DNA of 59,043 bases from the IMG/VR virus record IMGVR_UViG_3300025137_000040, positions 1 through 59,043 of that record; one strand, written 5' to 3'. The stretch comes from a virus. Lineage: Duplodnaviria; Caudoviricetes. The position numbers and the translations under genes were made by a program. The notes under the pieces were generated by a model, which saw only the letters and a list, made by a program, of their open reading frames with translations, had not been told where the DNA came from and searched no databases. Below are positions 56,404 through 59,043 of this stretch, in pieces. The number at the start of each line of letters is the position of its first letter. Within the stretch, counting starts at the first letter, position 1.

Positions 56404-56517
56404 ATGTCACCAGGAAAATACGGCAATACGAAGCCCCCCAAGAAGAAGACCGCGATGAAAAAAGCAGCTTCAAAATCTAAAACGGGAGCCAAGAAAAACC
56501 CGAGGCGTCGTAAGTGA
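56404..56517 (+). CDS. 37-aa Lys-rich peptide
   Basis: MSPGKYGNTKPPKKKTAMKKAASKSKTGAKKNPRRRK; fills the gap before a terminator. Confidence 0.55.
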   Translation: MSPGKYGNTKPPKKKTAMKKAASKSKTGAKKNPRRRK

Positions 56518-56523
56518 TTCATC

Positions 56524-56562
56524 AAAACCCCCTCTGGGTTTATTATCTAGAGGGGGTTTTTC
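56524..56562 (+). terminator. Intrinsic terminator (possibly bidirectional)
   Basis: aaaaccccctctgg...ctagagggggttttt. Confidence 0.75.
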
Positions 56563-56574
56563 TTAATAATTAGG

Positions 56575-56602
56575 TTGACCTGACCATAAGTAAAAGTAAT
56601 AT
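56575..56602 (+). promoter_or_regulatory. Putative capsid promoter TTGACC-N16-TAATAT
   Basis: Follows the terminator; same layout as 8195-8222. Confidence 0.55.
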
Positions 56603-56770
56603 TACATTGGGTAGTGGATCCCATAAGCCACCGTTTTAACAGCGCATAATGCCTTATTTGGGGCCCCTCCGGGCGCAGGAGATTGTAGTATTCCGTTTAT
56701 CATATGCTAATATATGATAATTCGGTCAACCTTATTTAATTCAATACCCTAAGGAGGGGTTTTTTTAACA

Positions 56771-58033
56771 ATGGCAACTCAAACAATCGGTGGGCATGAC
56801 CTTACCCACCAACTAATTGAAGAAGAGGGAAGAATTTCCCAAGATATCTACCGCCGCACTATCGATAGTTCGGTTTGGCTTAAGCTCGTTCGCCAGACTT
56901 CCTGGCCAGACGAGATGGGGGACACCCTGTCTGTTCTGACATATGAGCGCACGCTCCCATCGTCGGACAATACTTGGAACGCTATTACCAGTGATTCTAA
57001 TAAGTATGCGATCCCGGATGCGGTTGAAGTCCCAGTAGCTCAGTCTGCTCGTACTTTCGGCCTCGAGCACACCGCTGTGTTCTCGGATCCTATCGTTGTG
57101 AACGACCTTCGCATGAGCTTCCGGTTCAAGGAGCAGCTTAAGAATATCTACGAAAACCTCGTGGATAACGTAAGCTACATCTGGAAGAACCGTTATCGTG
57201 ATCAGTATGAGGCTACCGCCGAGCACAAGATGGTTGCATACCTTACTGCGTCAAACCAAGCTCTGGTTGAAAGCAAAAGTGCTATGCCTGTCCAGGATGG
57301 TGATTCTGGCGAACTGGTGGCTGCTAAGATTGGTCGGCTCACCCAAGGTATTTTGAATCGTGTTTACCAAGGTCTTATTCAAGACGGTGGTGGCATGGGT
57401 GCCATGGGTAACGAGTCTGGTAGGCCTATCTTTACGCTGATCACATCTGCTGAGACCTCTGAGAATCTTATGACTCAGGAAGATGTTAAGACTCGTGAGT
57501 CATTCTTGTATAATAACTCTCGCGTTTCAGAGCTTCTGGCTCCTCTTGGCGTTGAGCGTTCCTTCAAGGGTTTCTACCACGTCATCGATCCGTTTCCAAA
57601 GCGTTACACCTTCACTGAGGGAACTCCTGGATCGTGGACCGAAGTGTCTGCCTATATCGAGGACACTAGCAGCTATGCTGAGAAGCAAGGTTCGCAGAAC
57701 CGGAACATCGTAAATCCTGCTTGGCAAGTTGCTGAGTTCGAAGATTCCTATGTCTTCCACACGGAAGTGTTTGAGTCTTTGATCCCAAGCCCCGTTACCT
57801 CTGCTGGATCTGGTACTACCTTTGATCCTATTAGTTATCGAGGTGATTTCCGCTTCCTCAACATTAAGGACCTTTCCACAAACCCTGACGGGTCCTGGGG
57901 TAAGTTCCGAGGTGTTTTGGCAAACGGAGCCAAGCCTTGCCATCCTGAATTCGGTTACGTTATTCGTCACCGTCGTGTGGATGCAAACTTCAGCATGCTT
58001 GATGCTGGTGGGTCAGCGATCACCTATTCCTAA
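56771..58033 (+). CDS. Major capsid protein
   Basis: 420 aa after the scaffold, with its own promoter and terminator. Confidence 0.75.
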   Translation: MATQTIGGHDLTHQLIEEEGRISQDIYRRTIDSSVWLKLVRQTSWPDEMGDTLSVLTYERTLPSSDNTWNAITSDSNKYAIPDAVEVPVAQSARTFGLEHTAVFSDPIVVNDLRMSFRFKEQLKNIYENLVDNVSYIWKNRYRDQYEATAEHKMVAYLTASNQALVESKSAMPVQDGDSGELVAAKIGRLTQGILNRVYQGLIQDGGGMGAMGNESGRPIFTLITSAETSENLMTQEDVKTRESFLYNNSRVSELLAPLGVERSFKGFYHVIDPFPKRYTFTEGTPGSWTEVSAYIEDTSSYAEKQGSQNRNIVNPAWQVAEFEDSYVFHTEVFESLIPSPVTSAGSGTTFDPISYRGDFRFLNIKDLSTNPDGSWGKFRGVLANGAKPCHPEFGYVIRHRRVDANFSMLDAGGSAITYS

Positions 58034-58063
58034 TAGTTGATCCTACTCCATAATAATTAATCG

Positions 58064-58105
58064 AGTGGGGTCATTCCATATTTGGAGTGACCCCACTTAT
58101 TTTTT
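58064..58105 (+). terminator. Intrinsic terminator after the capsid gene
   Basis: agtggggtcattcca-tatt-tggagtgaccccact followed by a T-run. Confidence 0.8.
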
Positions 58106-58107
58106 CT

Positions 58108-59043
58108 ATGAGGACTGCTTCTTTAGGAGAGCTAACATTAAGAAAAGAGCATAGATTCGCGCTTAGCATAGCTTGGCCCGACACCTATTCCCTCTCTTCT
58201 AAGGTAGCAGTCTTTAGATTAAAAGCTGCCCCCTCAGGGGGAGTGCTATTCTCAACCGATTCTAGCACCGGGAGCATAACCTTCGACTCTCAGAACCTAG
58301 TTCTGGGGTTGGAACCAACCGACCTATCCGAGGACGGCACCACCACACTCTCCGCTGTAACCGATATTTATCAGCGGTTAGACTTTTCACTATCCATTGG
58401 AGACGCAGGGCAAGCTCCTGAGTATGGCTTCCACGGCGACTTAATAGTTGCGGAGGCTTTTGGGAGTGATTCTGAGAAGTATCTTGAGGAGCCTATTACA
58501 GTGCAGCTGGGAGACACTTCGGTATCCATTACACTATCCGGAGTTGGGTCTCGAGGGGATGCGGCAACAATCGCTGTCGGCACAGTCTCCTCGGTAGCCA
58601 GTGGGGAGTCTGCCACTGTGACTAATTCTGGCACGTCTCAGGCAGCTGTTTTTGATTTTGAAATTCCACAGGGTGCTACAGGTGCCCAAGGGATCCAAGG
58701 AATACAGGGGATTCAAGGCGAAACGGGCCCAGCAGGAGCAGACTCAACTGTGGCAGGACCAGTAGGCCCAGCAGGGGCAGACTCAACCGTGGCTGGGCCA
58801 CAAGGCCCACAGGGAATACAGGGAATACAGGGAATACAGGGAATACAGGGAAATACAGGACCAGCACAATACGCTACCTCAGTTGAGGTGCTTAATTCAT
58901 CGAGCGGAATTAAGGACTTTTATGATAGCGTTGGACCAGGCAGCAGTATCGCTACCTCACTTTTTGTCGCGCCTGTCGATGTCACCGTCAAAAAAGTCAG
59001 CGTTTCGTACTTAACAAATGACAATGCCGGATCGTCCTACGAT
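58108..59043 (+). CDS. Collagen-like fibre protein, N-terminal part (continues at 1-339)
   Basis: Open frame from ATG 58108; [21 protein letters not shown] then Gly-X-Y repeats ([15 protein letters not shown]). Confidence 0.85.
   Translation, partial: MRTASLGELTLRKEHRFALSIAWPDTYSLSSKVAVFRLKAAPSGGVLFSTDSSTGSITFDSQNLVLGLEPTDLSEDGTTTLSAVTDIYQRLDFSLSIGDAGQAPEYGFHGDLIVAEAFGSDSEKYLEEPITVQLGDTSVSITLSGVGSRGDAATIAVGTVSSVASGESATVTNSGTSQAAVFDFEIPQGATGAQGIQGIQGIQGETGPAGADSTVAGPVGPAGADSTVAGPQGPQGIQGIQGIQGIQGNTGPAQYATSVEVLNSSSGIKDFYDSVGPGSSIATSLFVAPVDVTVKKVSVSYLTNDNAGSSYD
58945..59043. repeat. Terminal direct repeat, copy 2
   Basis: Identical to 1-99. Confidence 0.95.

Noticed and set aside
58676-58867. 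(FPV)n ORF on the - strand
   Set aside because: It is the antisense shadow of the collagen GIQ repeats.
58945-59043. 99-bp terminal repeat as a biological DTR
   Set aside because: It falls mid-gene and its length matches a common assembler k-mer; treated as an overlap artefact.
1-59043. Stop-codon recoding or a diversity-generating retroelement
   Set aside because: Genes are long and intact in the standard code and use all three stops. I saw no reverse transcriptase or adenine-variant repeat pair.

Overview
This window is an apparently complete, circularly assembled genome of a temperate tailed dsDNA phage, about 58,944 bp. Positions 1-99 repeat exactly at 58945-59043 inside one continuous gene, which is an assembly overlap. 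The layout is podovirus-like, with no tape-measure gene and a 3602-aa internal/ejection protein. The + strand arm (49999 through the end, then 1 to 22854) carries TerL, portal, scaffold, four tiny basic proteins, major capsid, a collagen-like fibre spanning the junction, a GT9 glycosyltransferase, two sulfotransferases, a lysis cassette, tail proteins and a giant polyvalent protein with zincin and kinase modules. The - strand arm (22855-49707) carries about 30 small early/accessory genes (NlpC/P60, dNMP kinase, GP88-like, AAA + vWA/peptidase), a replication block (primase-helicase, family A polymerase, SSB-like, helicase fused to a Cas4-like nuclease, resolvase, excisionase-like), an immunity region of ribbon-helix-helix (RHH) regulators, a tyrosine integrase and an attP matching a tRNA 3' end. 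The strongest unexplained signals are non-coding. (1) A CATATG-N4-CATATG / CCGCATATG motif recurs genome-wide at gene starts and promoters. (2) Coding-strand AC-rich (CCAACNNA)n leaders precede most early start codons in place of Shine-Dalgarno sites. (3) A duplicated 54-bp hairpin differs between copies only by one compensatory base pair. All protein family calls come from motif recognition by eye; no database search was run, and the host is not established.
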